A stretch of DNA of 64,000 nt from Eledone cirrhosa (lineage: Eukaryota). Made by a program: the position numbers and the translations under genes. Below are positions 62,943 to 64,000 of the stretch, piece by piece; position 1 is the first letter of the stretch, and the number at the start of each line of letters is the position of its first letter. The stretch covers positions 272,056,001-272,120,000 of the forward strand of contig OZ024740.1 of NCBI GenBank assembly GCA_964016885.1, given 5' to 3'. The notes beneath the pieces were generated by a model that was given only the letters and a program-made list of their open reading frames with translations, was not told the origin of the DNA and did not search any database.

Positions 62943-64000
62943 TTTTAACCAGGTCAGCTCTGATTGAGCTGACCATTGACCACATATTGTAGCATAATTA
63001 CCTGTTTTGTTTTGTTTGTTTCAGACATAATATATGCAAGACAATCGTTGATAAAAGAGGGACAAAAGACGGCTACTGCTGTTGTTTAGCCTGAACCCCA
63101 CTTGAATCAAGTAGAATATGATCAAAAGCGTTTTAATCATAGCCATTATATCTTTTAAGGGTTATGCAAGATTATATGAAGGGTCCGAATTGGCAGAGTC
63201 GTTAGAAAATCAGATAGAGTGCCTCATGTAATTTGTTCTGGGTCTCTGAGCTCTGATTTTAAATTCCACTGGAGTCAACTCGCTTTTCATTTATCTTGGG
63301 TCAATAACTAAATTACCAGTTAAGCAAATTATTTTCCCCTCTTTCTCCCCGCTGTCTTTATCTCTAAATCGGCTAAGTTGTGTTGCGTGAAGAGTCGTGG
63401 GCGACCATTGACAATGTCCTTTTATCCCGAAATGTAGAAGGATTGAGCAAAGGACTAGGAACAGTCTCTTATAGAAAGAAATAATGTGCACGGAGTGGAA
63501 ATTAGGATTAAGAATTAAGGATTATATTATCTAGTATGTCCTTCATGTTTTTGAAGGTGTGTGGCTTAGTGACCAGAGTGCTGGGCGCACGAGTGTAAGG
63601 TCATGAGCTCGATTCTCGGATTGGATGGCGTATTGTGCCCTTGAGCAAGACACTTTAGTTCACGTTGCTGCAGTTTACTGATTCGGGTTGCGACGACACT
63701 GGTGTTAAGCTGCATCGGCTTTGGCTTTTCCCTTGGACAGCATCGGTGTGATAAGAGAGCGGATAGTTTCATACACGGCCGATTGCTGATCTTCCACAAA
63801 ACAGGCTTGTGCCTCGGAGTGACGAACCCATGATCAAGCAGTCATGGATAGAAAAGTCATGAACGAATTTAAGATAGTTAGGTATGATTAAGAATGATCC
63901 AGCTGTTATTTCTAGTAGATAGAGACGCCTCCTTGTTAGTTGAGCATCCAGATGATGACCAAAAAGATTCAAGCCTAAGAATGCCAACTTTTTTCTAATG

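Overview
Repeat-dominated eukaryotic DNA, most likely octopod cephalopod (inferred from the SINE families and microsatellite density). No host protein-coding gene can be called with confidence, and nearly all long ORFs in the track are microsatellite artefacts. Recognisable content includes: a near full-length Tx1/L1-group LINE (44.7-49.6 kb) and a decayed relative; CR1/L2-like and RTE-like LINE fragments; a Penelope-like (PLE) 3' fragment with the end of a GIY-YIG endonuclease; many tRNA-derived SINEs; mariner- and piggyBac-type MITEs; a 60-bp satellite (~5.2 kb); and a 54-bp array grown inside a MITE. The main hidden signal is a set of short non-coding elements from several unrelated families that sit in or beside (TA)n tracts. 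They carry type I hammerhead ribozyme motifs (four with intact catalytic cores, about ten degenerate or halved). Many are folded into long inverted repeats whose breakpoints fall in or next to the ribozyme. One element has the signature of a ~252-nt circular or tandem template (retrozyme-like). All structures were read by eye and coordinates are approximate to a few bases.
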